64,000 bases of DNA from Neocallimastix sp. 'constans' (taxonomy: Eukaryota). The stretch covers positions 372,001-436,000 of the forward strand of contig JBODTK010000120.1 of assembly GCA_050613775.1 (NCBI GenBank), given 5' to 3'. Below the pieces are notes generated by a model, which worked only from the letters and a program-made list of their open reading frames with translations, did no database searches and was not told where the DNA came from. Made by a program: the position numbers and the translations under genes. Below are positions 15,641 to 26,849 of the stretch, one piece after another; the stretch's first letter is position 1, and each line of letters starts with the position of its first letter.

Positions 15641-16520
15641 GATTTTCCACTATATAACCGTTTCTTATTTTCTTGAATAATTGCATTTAACTTAGGACAA
15701 TTATACTGCAAATGTCCTGGATCGCTGTATAAAAACAGGCTTTAATGGTAAGATTTTTCATTTTTTTTGTTAAGTCCTCCAATTCGTAATCTTTATTTCT
15801 TTTTGGGCTTCTAACTTCATAATTCTCTCTTACTACTTTTCTGTTGTTTTGATAATTATTCCTGATATTTATTCTTGGGTTGACAATTTCAGTTGAGTAC
15901 TCTTTTGAGGGTCTCAAATTCATTACTCTATCAACCTTTTCGGCAATGTCAAACACCCGATTTAAAGAAATGTCATCCTTAAGGGAGACCTTTTTCCAAG
16001 CTTCTTCATTGTTCCTAAGAGCATCAATATAATCGAGAACACTGACTCGCTTCTTTCTTTTCTTATCTAATTTCAAATATATGGATCGGAAACGAGTATT
16101 AAAGTCTTTTACTCGCTCATTTCTTTTAATTCTTAAGGCACGGAGCTCACGAAGTAACATATTCTGGTCTTCTTTAAGACCATAAAAAGTTTCTAGTGCT
16201 TCTACAATTTCCTTTATGGAAGGATATTCATCTTTTTTCTTTTCTTCTGAATCAGATTCTTCTTCTTCTTCGTCCTCACTTTCTGATTCAGAATCGGTAC
16301 TGTAACTCTCAATTAAATCCTGGATAACTTCGCGAGGCTCTCCAGTAGACGTGAGTAAGCAGGCGGTAAAAATCGTTTTGGGATCAGTAACTTCCTCAAG
16401 TTTTATCCATAATCGGATTTCTGATTCCCAAGATTTGATATCGAGATTTTCCTTTGAAATTTTCTCGATATCTTTTAATTCCTTTTTTAATTCTTTAAAA
16501 TTGATTTTATTTTCAGCCAT
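15628..16520 (-). pseudogene. gag: E1 gag with C-terminal CCHC zinc knuckle broken by a 1-bp deletion near 15729
   Basis: Start MAENKINFKELKK aligns to E2 MSTINFKDLKK. After KACFY the shifted frame reads SDPGHLQYNCPKLNAIIQENKKRLYSGKSLNH*, matching E2 CYFCKEPGHYQNNCPKL. Confidence 0.88.
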
Positions 16521-16638
16521 TTGAAAATTTAAAAATGGTATTAATGCTATGATATCCAATTTAAAAATATGTTTACTTTAAAAATATATTTAATAACAAA
16601 AAAAATAAATTTATCTTTGTTTTATAATAATATAATTA

Positions 16639-16809
16639 TGGACTCAGAAAACCCTCTGACAATCCAATTCTTTATTCCAATAATAATTCAGACTCAGAAT
16701 CTCTCTCTGAAAATCTGATGAATTAATTCAGACTCGAAAACACCCTTCGAAAATCTGAAACAAAAAAAAATTAAAATTCAGACTCAAAAACGCAATTTGA
16801 AAATCTGAA
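16639..16809. repeat. Four tandem bulged stem-loop units in the E1 leader
   Basis: Consensus TTCAGA-C-[5-bp stem]-loop-[5-bp stem]-AAA-TCTGAA, with compensatory changes in the stems. Confidence 0.8.
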
Positions 16810-17029
16810 GCTTTTTATTATGAATTTTAATATTTATTATATTCTCTTAAGCATTAATACACAGAATATGTATATCTTAATTTTTTTTTTATTTATTTGT
16901 AGTAATAACTTCTTTATTTAATTTTATTTAATATATTTATTTCCTTTATTAAAATAATTAATATAACATAAAACAAATTGCATAAATACTTAAATAATAA
17001 TAATAATATATATTTATTTTTATTTTTAT

Positions 17030-17062
<33 letters not shown>

Positions 17063-17811
17063 GTATATATTTAATATTCTATTAATTCTTTGTTATAACA
17101 TTTAATGAAATATTAAATAAAAAGTTAAAATACAAGCCAAACTATATAGTGTTGAACCATCAAATATATAGCTTGTTAACCCTTCTTACAATAAGTCCCC
17201 TTAGCTCTTTATTGATAAGTTGATAATGTCGATTGTTAATTATTAAGAAACTTAATAAAAAGAAGGTAGCAATATTAAATTCTTTTTAATTTGGCTAACT
17301 TATTGTTAGTAATAAAGAAGATAATAACATATCCTTCCCAGTATCAACAAGATCAAAACAATAAAGTATTATGTGTGGGTGTTCAACTATCCCTCGTAGA
17401 GAGTTGTAAGACAGCTTATTTATATTTTTCTTTTTAATTAAAATTTAATTAATTATATAACGAATAATAGAAAATTTAACACACACAAAAAAGAAAAAAA
17501 AAAAAAATTTCAATTATAAAAATTTCAAAAAAAAAAAATTTAATTATATAAAATCATAAAAATAATACACTTATTTGAAAAATAATAATAATAATCTAAT
17601 TTTATATATTCTATATATATATTGTACATGTATATATTAAAAAAAATAAAATAAACTGATAAACATAAAAAAAATTACAATTTATTATTTAGAATTATTA
17701 ATATAAAAAAAAAAATTTATTCATAAAATTTATTCTTATTTAAAAAAAATTAAAAATTTGTACTACGAAAAAAAATTTTTTGCTTATTATTTTAATATTT
17801 ATCATTAATTA

Positions 17812-17862
<51 letters not shown>

Positions 17863-18435
17863 TTTGTTCTACACTAAAGAAAAATTTAATTTATTATTTA
17901 TTAAAAAAAATTTATTAATGAAATATTTATTATTTTAATAAAAGGAAAAAAAAAATATATATATTTTTATTTTATTGAAAAAAAATAATAATAATAATAA
18001 TAATAGGCGAACAAATTTATAAAAGCCTAAAATAAAAAAAAAAAAAAAAAACTATATATTTTAACGTCACTTCGCAAGAATGACCAGGGTTTTATCAGGG
18101 ATCGAACCTGACCCACCTCTTATTTTCTGCGCGAGTGAACAAACTATCACCTGTTGAAGTGTGTAGTTGCCTTCAGCGTGAAGGTTTTATAGTTCTAGGG
18201 CGTATTTGCCTAATTGTCAAGGATTTGTTCCTTGAGATACTCGCGTTTACAATATACAAAACCTTGCAAAATTGTAAATAAGAGTTTATGAAATTAATAT
18301 CCTGCAAGCTAACACTGTCTTACTCGAATATTAACTTCGTAAATTTGTTAACTTTTTATTATTTTTTTTTTGTTATTATTTTTTATCTATAATCTATAAT
18401 TAAATAAAGTTACTACAAAAACTAAAGTTTTCCAA

Positions 18436-18472
<37 letters not shown>

Positions 18473-18754
18473 ATAACTTTTATTATTATTAATATTAATA
18501 TTAAATTATTAATTATTATTATTTAACAAAACTTATGGATTATCTGATAGTATACCCTGTCTGACGTGCAGCTTGCCTCTTCACGGCGTCATGCCACGCG
18601 GGTACCACGGCTACTGTATTCAATATAAAATACAGCAGTCCAGAGCCTACTAGCCCAATTACTATGTAGGTTAAACTTAGCCCGGAAATCTATATCCAAG
18701 GCTTTGTTAAATAATTTAATTAATAAATAATATTAAATTTTATTTTTTTAATAT

Positions 18755-18772
18755 TCCCCGATATCTCCACCA
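18755..18772 (-). promoter_or_regulatory. E1 primer-binding site complementary to the 3' 18 nt of tRNA-Ala
   Basis: Plus strand reads TCCCCGATATCTCCACCA: a CCA end, discriminator A73 and U at position 70 (the G3:U70 Ala identity element). It lies next to the 5' LTR and is identical in E2. Confidence 0.85.
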
Positions 18773-18779
18773 TAAATTA

Positions 18780-20184
18780 TGTTATGGTTCGGGTTTTATT
18801 AGAATTTTTATTTAATTATTTATTTTTAATATTTTTCTGTCTACATTTTAATTATTGAAAAACTTCACTTATTTATACTTTTTTAAAAAAAAATAAATAT
18901 GTAAAGCCTTTCTACATTTTATTATCATATTTAAAAAAAAATATTTACTATTACTAATTAATTAAAATTTTATATTAATTTAAATTAACTAATTCATAAG
19001 TATTTTTATTTTAATAAATTTTGTTTACATAATTTTATATTATTTTTCATATACTAAAACTAAATTATTTAATATATACGAAAAGTAACAAACAAAATTT
19101 AAAAAGATTTTACAGAAAAATAAAGTTATTTTAATCAAGAATGTTAATATAATATTCTTATATTTTATATAAAATAAATTTAAAAACTATAATATATTTA
19201 ATATTTATTATTAATCAATTAAGATTTGATTTTATTTGTGGGGAATAAAAATATAAAATAATCAATTTTAAAAATAAAATAAAATACTAAAAAGAATACA
19301 AGTTTAATATTGATACAATATAATAATAATATAATAATATATTTGAAAATAAAAATAAAATATTAATATTGATAATAAACACTTTAATAAAATAATAAAA
19401 TTTGAGGTTAAATTATAGATATTGATATTAATAATAAAAATATAAAATTATTGATAATATTTTAGAAACTTTTAATAAAAATATAAAAAAAAATATATTT
19501 AGAAAATATTTTAGTATAGAAAATATAGTAAAGTAATATTAAGTAAAGAATAATATAATGGATTCTAAAGTAAGTTGAAATTCTAATTAATAATCCATTA
19601 TATGTTCGTTCTTGATAAATAATGAAATTTATAAATATAAATTTCATATTGTATTAAAAAAAAATATATATATATATAATTAATATCACGGTACAAATTT
19701 TATAAAGTTTAATAATTAACAATTAATAAATTAATAAAAATAAAAATATATTAAATAATATTTTAATAATAAAAAAAATAAAATAAACAATAAACAGAAA
19801 TAATAATTTTTAAAATATTATTAATTGTAAATACTTATAACATGTAAACAAATTTTAAAATGTACAATTTACTAAATTAATATAAATAGTTCTTAATTTT
19901 ATTTATTTTAATAATCAGGTTTTTATATAGTTTTTACTCATTTTAATCAAAAACTAAATATTAATAATAATATTAAATAATTAAAATAATAATTTAAATA
20001 ATAAAATTAAAAGATGTATATAAAATAATTTATAAAATAAATAAAATATATATTAATAAAACATATTTTTAAAATCTTAATCACAAAAACAACTTTTTCT
20101 AAATTTAATTATTGATATTGGTTATGTCACTTTCTGAGCCTATTCAGAATTAAGATATAAACCATAAAATATCATTCTTTACCA
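18780..20184 (-). repeat. E1 5' LTR (18780-19612 plus 20175-20184), split by solo LTR C1
   Basis: Removing 19613-20174 and one TTCT restores GTTCGTTCTTTACCA, identical to the end of the 3' LTR. Confidence 0.92.
19613..20174. mobile_element. Solo LTR C1 (562 bp, TGATA...TATCA), 4-bp TSD TTCT
   Basis: TG...CA inverted ends; TTCT at 19609-19612 and 20175-20178; a second copy of the family starts at 21193. Confidence 0.92.
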
Positions 20185-20187
20185 ACA

Positions 20188-21186
20188 TGTAAGAATCTAT
20201 AATTATTTTTAACAAAATAATTATATTTTCTTAGTTAGGTTATAATTAATATAACTTTTATTTAACTCATATTTCATTTATACAATTAATTATAATTAAT
20301 AATTTATTTAATTATATATTAAAATTTTATTTAGTTTAATATTAAAAATTTATTTAATCAAATAATTTTTATACATTTAAAATAATATTAAATTTATTTA
20401 ATTATTCACTTAATTATTAAATTTATTAGTTTTAGTTTTCTCTCACTTATTAAATCATAAACTAAAACACTATTCTGTATTTTATCATGTATTCTGTATT
20501 CTATCATGTATTCTGTATTGTATTAATCATGTATTTTATTATTAATGTATTGTTTTATATTTTTTATGTAAAGTTCTATAAAATAGAACTAAATAGATTA
20601 AATTTTAAATTTTATGATCGAAATAATTGTCATTATTTTATTCTTTTATTTTCGATCATTATATTAGATTAAGTAATCGGTTAATTAAGGTTTTTCCAAT
20701 TACTTCTTAAAAGTAATCGGTTTTACTTAATTAACACGATGATCGATATGGATAGAATATCGATCAAAAAACTTATCTAGGTTTTTCTTCTAGTCTTTTC
20801 CTAGATAAGAGATTTGTTAAGATTAGAACCCCTTTTGATTTTAACCTTATTTTGACAAAAAAGTATAAATAAGGCTCTTGAGTTCTCTTTGAGAAATCAA
20901 GAGTTATTATTATAACAATTATAATATAATAATAATAACAATAAGTTTTAACATTTAAAATTTTTAATAAATAATAAAACAAATTATTTTAATAAAACAA
21001 ATTTTATAATTAAAACTTTTCCTTATCAATTTTAGTGTTTCGTCTATTATAATTCGTTATAATAAACTCGATAATTAGAAAGAACCATAGGTAAGTATGA
21101 TTCTTTTCTAAACCTTTAATATTAGCAGTTAGAGCTAATATTAATGATTAATAATTTAATTATAATTTTTTAATTAAATTATTACA
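20188..21186. mobile_element. Solo LTR D (999 bp, TGTAA...TTACA), 5-bp TSD CAACA
   Basis: Inverted TG...CA ends with CAACA at 20183-20187 and 21187-21191. No second copy is present in the window. Confidence 0.82.
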
Positions 21187-21749
21187 CAACAGTGATAAAT
21201 AATGAAATTTATAAATATAAATTTCATATTATATTAAAAATATATATATATATATATAATTAATATCACGGTACAAATTTTATAAAGTTTAATAATAAAC
21301 AATTAATAAATTAATAAAAATAAAAATATATTAAATAATATTTTAATAATAAAAAAATAAAATAAACAATAAACAGAAATAATAATTTTTAAAATATTAT
21401 TAATTGTAAATACTTATAACATGTAAACAAATTTTAAAATGTATAATTTACTAAATTAATATAAATAGTTCTTAATTTTATTTATTTTAATAATCAGGTT
21501 TTTATATAGTTTTTACTCATTTTAATCAAAAACTAAATATTAATAATAATATTAAATAATTAAAATAATAATTTAAATAATAAAATTAAAAGATGTATAT
21601 AAAATAATTTATAAAATAAATAAAATATATATTAATAAAACATATTTTTAAAATCTTAATCACAAAAACAACTTTTTCTAAATTTAATTATTGATATTGG
21701 TTATGTCACTTTCTGAGCCTATTCAGAATTAAGATATAAACCATAAAAT

Positions 21750-22770
21750 TGGTAGACTCGGGGTTGACACTTAGATATTTAAAATCAAGCAGGGGGGACG
21801 GGTATTACCCTGCTTTGATTTTAAAAAAAAAAAAAAAAATAATTCTTTATTAAAAATTATTTATTTTTTTTTTTATTAATATAAAAGTTTTTTATTTAAA
21901 GTACACACATTTAATTTTTAAGAAATTGTTACAATATTTATATTTTTTTATAAATTTAAAGTATAATTAATTGTTTATAATTTAAGTAATTTTATAGAAT
22001 TATTGAATTAATTTTATATCAATAATTCATTTTTGTTTTAATTTTTATAAATATAATAATATAATATTCAAATATAATTTAATTAAAAATAATTATAAAA
22101 TAAATATATAGAAAATAGTTTTTACTATTTTCTTTGATATTTTTAAGTTAAATAAATTGTTTTTAAAGATTAATATAATAAATTTAATAATCTTTAATTA
22201 TTTTAAATAATACTTGTAATTATTTTCAAAATAAAATAAAATTTTTATAATATTTAATTAATAAATTTGATAATATTTAAATAATAATTTTTATAATAAG
22301 TAAAAATTTTTAATAATAATTTTTAATAATAAATTTAATTAATAATCTTAATAATTTTATAATAATATTTAATAGTTATAATAAATAAATTTTTATAATA
22401 ATATTCAATAATTTTAATAATTTTATAATATTAATAATTTATAATAATTTTTAGAATAATATTTAATTAATAATTTTAATAATTTTATAATAATTTTTAT
22501 AATAATATTTAATTAATAGTTTTAATAATTTAGTATCTTAAAAGTATAATTTTAATATTTACAATTGTATTTTAATATATACATATATTTAATAATATAA
22601 CAATAAAGTAATTAATTAAAATTTATTTACATTATTTACAAGTGTAAATTAATTTATATCAAAATAAATTAAATTTACAATGAGGTTTAGGTTATGAAGA
22701 ATATAGGAAAGTACAATTTAGTAAAGAATTATTAATAATAAAATAAAGGTTATTAATTCATTCTTTACCA
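21750..22770 (-). repeat. E2 3' LTR (1021 bp)
   Basis: By eye it differs from 29243-30265 by one substitution and two homopolymer indels. Confidence 0.95.
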
Positions 22771-22783
22771 TGATGCCCCCTCT
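22771..22783 (-). promoter_or_regulatory. E2 polypurine tract (AGAGGGGGCATCA on minus strand)
   Basis: Abuts the 3' LTR and is conserved with E1. Confidence 0.75.
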
Positions 22784-22793
22784 AAAACTCAAG

Positions 22794-25700
22794 CTACATC
22801 GAAGCTGAGTTATACTTGACTATATTCTTCAAATGAACATTCCTATTCATTTGAATTCCAGAATTTGGATCAGCCAAGGTAACCGTATTAAATTGTTTTT
22901 TTATAACTTTAAGAGGACCAACAAAATAAGGTTCTAGTTTAGTTCTTGAAAAATTTCTAACTAGAACTAAATCACCTTCCCTAATTCTTTTTCCTTCATT
23001 CAAACTATTCTTTTCCTCTCTTCTAGCAGCCCAATACTTATTTGCATTTTTAACATTTTCGGCTGCTTCTAAAGTCCATCGGTAATGATTTATAAATTTT
23101 TCTAACAACACTTCATCCGATGACTTATTAATATCCTTGGTAGGTCTAGCAGCAATATCAAAAGGCTGCTGATCTTCCCTACCATAAACCAACTCAAAAC
23201 TTGAATGTTTTGTTACCTTATTTTTGGTAGTTCTAAGAGCCCATAAGGCGGATGGTAAAACTTCATCCCAATCCTTATTCTTAGAACCCAACAACCTCAA
23301 TAACTTGCCGATCTCTTTATTACGGTTTTCCGTAAGTCTATTACTTTCAGGATGATATGTGGAAATAAACTTCACATATACATCATAGAGATCTAAAAAT
23401 ATTTTCGTCATGTCCGAGGTGAACTGAACACCATTGTCAGTTGTTATTACCTGTGGAACACCATGACGAGCAAACACATTAATTAAGAACTTAATCACAT
23501 CCTGTGATGTTATATTTTCCGTGGGTTCTGCTTCAACCCATTTGGTGAAGTAATCCACCACAACCATAATATATTGATTATTATTCTTCGTTTTAATCAA
23601 AGGTCCAATAATATCTAAACCCAAATGTATAAAAGGACCTTCTACTTTAGTTGGAATATTTTCTGTAGGTTCTGGATATGGTTGTGACCTATTCAACTGA
23701 CACTTGTCACAACTTTGCACCACTCTTTTAATATCCATCACCATATTATTCCAATAAAAACTTTTACGAAGCCTTTGATAAGTCTTATAATATCCCTCAT
23801 GACCTATCTTATGGGCTTCTAAAATAAGTTTTACTCTTTCCGTTTGATCAGTAATTAATTTACGATAGTCATTACCATCAACAAAGTAATCTTCACCATC
23901 TATCGTAACAAATTTTTCATTTATAAAGTCTTTAATAGTTTTAGAAAGCAACTCTTCTTCTTCCTTTGAAGTTAACTTAGTTGCCAATACCACAGAATCA
24001 TCTCTTTTCTTCATCCTAGATAATGCATCGGCTAACACATTTTTCTTACCCATTTGATATTGAATTTCAACACCAAGGGTACTAACAGTTAAGCACCACC
24101 TTGCTTGCCTAGCATTATTAGGTTCCTTATTTTTAAAGAAACTGATTAAAGGTTTATGATCTGTTATTACTACTGTTTTATTAGGATTTCCTAATATATA
24201 AGATTTCAACTTAGTAATACAATAAATTAATGCAGCTCCTTCCAAGTCAGTAATGCCATAATTTTTCTCGGCTTTACTTAAACTTCTACTTATATAATGA
24301 ACAGGATGTTCCTTTTTGGTTTCTAAATCTTCTTGGAGTAATACTCCTCCAATACCTTCATAGGAAGCATCCGTTCTAATTATAAACCTTTGATTAAAAC
24401 TTGGATATTTTAAAATTGGAGCATTTATTAACTTTTCTTTTAACAGATCAAAACTTTGTTGATGTTCATTATTCCATTTATATTTAACATTCTTTCTTAA
24501 TAATTTACATAAAGGAGCAGAGATTTGAGCATATTTATCAATAAAGTTTCTATAATATCCTACTGCTCCAAGAAAAGATCGTAATTCATGAACATCAACA
24601 GGTGCTACCCACTCCTTGATAGCCTTAATTTTGCTATCCTGGGGACTTAAACCTTTCACTGATGCCTTATGACCTAAGACTTCTACTTCAGTCTGCATAA
24701 AGGCACATTTTTCAATGTTAATTTTTAATTTGTGTTGGCGAAATACTTCCAACACTTACCTAATGTGGCTTATATGTTCTTCTATACTCTTAGAGTATAT
24801 TAAAATATCATCTATAAAGTTAAAAACAAACTTTCCTATAAATGGGAAAAGAATCCTATTCATTTCCCTTTGAAATGTAGCTGGGGCTCCGGTTAAACCA
24901 AAAGGCATAACCTTGAATTGGTAGTTACCAAATTTTGTGGTGAAGGTGGTAATTTCTACGCTTTCCTCATCCATCAAAATTTGATGATAACCAGAGTAAA
25001 GATCCATTGTTGTAAAAATCTGTGCCCCATCTAAACTATCAAATATCTCATCAATGTAAGGTAATGAATAAGAATCTTTAACTGTTAAATCATTAACCTT
25101 ACGATAATCAATACATAATCGCCATTTACCGTTCTTCTTCGGTACTAACACTATTGGCGATGACCATTCGGAACAAGAAGGTTCAATTAATTTCTTATTA
25201 ATTAATTTAATTAATTCCTCCTTAAGTATATCCGACTTAAATTTAACTAATCTATAGCACCTTTGCTTAACTGGTTTCGCACCAGGAATTAAATTAATCT
25301 TATGTGGAGGAAGATCAGAAGGTGTTAATTCTTCTGAAGAAGTAGCAACTATTTCTAAGTTCTCCTCCAGAATTTTAATTATTTCATCTTTATATTTTTC
25401 GTTTAAAGTATTTAGGAAAATTTCATGATGAATATATTGCTTTGGGGATAATCCTTCAATTTTCTTTAAATCATTCTTTTTGGAATCCTCATCCAAAGCC
25501 TTAATCATACACAACAACTTTTCTTCATCTTCATAATCATTATTAATAGGTGCAATAACGTCAATTACTCCCTCAGGAGTAATTTGACACAAACTATATA
25601 AAATGGGGTGGATAAACAAATTATAATCAATTTGGGTTTTTAAGTTAATTAGAATATCGTAAAAAGGATCCTCCTTTTCTACTATTCTACAATTAACCAT

Positions 25701-26849
25701 TAATGCAAGATTATTAATCTTTACTGGCACCCGAATGATATAACCTTCCGAGTAATCATCATTCTTAGTTGCCAACCTAATTCTGCCACGACTAATATCA
25801 ATAGGTTCATATTCGGACGGAAGCTTATCTAAAAATTGTTGAGTAATTATACTTAAATTACTACATGAATCAATTAAAGCCTTCCCCGAAACACCTTCAA
25901 CTGTAACATCAACCATGGCAATATCCTCTTCACATGGTTCGTTACCTTTACTTTTATAAGTGTGGTCTATGTTATTAACGACCACAGTCGTGGCTGACAC
26001 ATTATCCAACACCCCAGAGATATTAGATTGGTCCCTATCCAATTTAATACCCTGTGACACCTTATATCTTAATTTTGGAGCAGCATCCAATAACTGTCCA
26101 AAAGTAATATTGCAATGGGCAGAATTTAAATCTTTAAGAATATCATATTCTTCTTCCCCCGATTGCATCTTAATTTTCCTAGATACTCTAGAACTTTTAT
26201 TTTCTTTTTGAGTATCTTTATCTTTACTAATTAACACCTTTGTTAAATCAATTACTTTATTATTCTCCTTCACAATACTTTTATTATTATCATTATTTAC
26301 TTTCATTAAATTTTTATTCTTTCTTTTATCATTATTTACATTATTTATAATAACTTCATCATTCACTAATGAATTATTATTAATATTATCATTACTATTA
26401 TCATTACTATGATTATTACTATAATTAGTATTACTATTACTAGCTCTTTCATTATCACGAATTTGTCTTTCAATCTCTTTTTCTTTTTCAATTCGTGGTT
26501 GAGCTAGAATAGATGGTTTAATTTGTTTAACAATTTTATTACTTATATTATTTTCTTTTACTTCTCGTTCTTTCTGTTTTCGTAATGCAGGAGTTATTAT
26601 AGGTTTAGGATTCTCCTTCAACGACTTATGAATCCTTTTCTCTGCACTACCTTCATCATTATTAACATCATAAATTTTACGTTTAGATGCTCCTACTAAA
26701 TAATCAACTTTCTTTTTATTAACCACCCTTTTATTAGCAGGAGTTTCTTCAATATTAGAAAGACGAGAATTTTTAATTTCTTTTTGATATTTAATTGAAG
26801 CTGCTTTATTAAGTATGGGAGAGCTTCTTATCCCATTACTCAATTTAAA
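22794..26849 (-). pseudogene. pol: E2 pol (PR-RT-RNaseH-IN) with one in-frame TAA in RT
   Basis: ORFs 24756-26843 and 22794-24755 are contiguous and in frame. TAA at 24756-24758 aligns to Gln in E1 (HIKQVL). Motifs are the same as in E1. Confidence 0.93.
26797..26849 (-). promoter_or_regulatory. E2 -1 ribosomal frameshift signal: U_UUA_AAU plus H-type pseudoknot
   Basis: Heptamer at 26849-26843 immediately before the gag TGA, 6-nt spacer, S1 AUGGGA/UCCCAU, S2 GAAGCU/AGCUUC. The -1 frame is the pol ORF. Confidence 0.85.

Larger units (their letters stand above)
10641..20184 (-). mobile_element. Full-length Ty3/gypsy LTR retrotransposon E1 (family A); 5' LTR interrupted by solo LTR C1
   Basis: Two near-identical LTRs, PBS, PPT, gag with CCHC and pol in PR-RT-RNaseH-IN order. 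Outer ends are TGGTA...TACCA. Flanks are ATAG (10637-10640) and ACAG (reconstructed after removing solo LTR D). Confidence 0.95.

Noticed and set aside
16715..16740. Hammerhead ribozyme core (CTGATGA...GAAA)
   Set aside because: No closing pair for stem II and no stems I/III; the motif is a by-product of the stem-loop repeat junction and lies on the antisense strand.
18062..18170. Embedded tRNA gene around the T-loop mimic
   Set aside because: I could not build an acceptor stem, D arm or anticodon arm around it; kept only as a motif.
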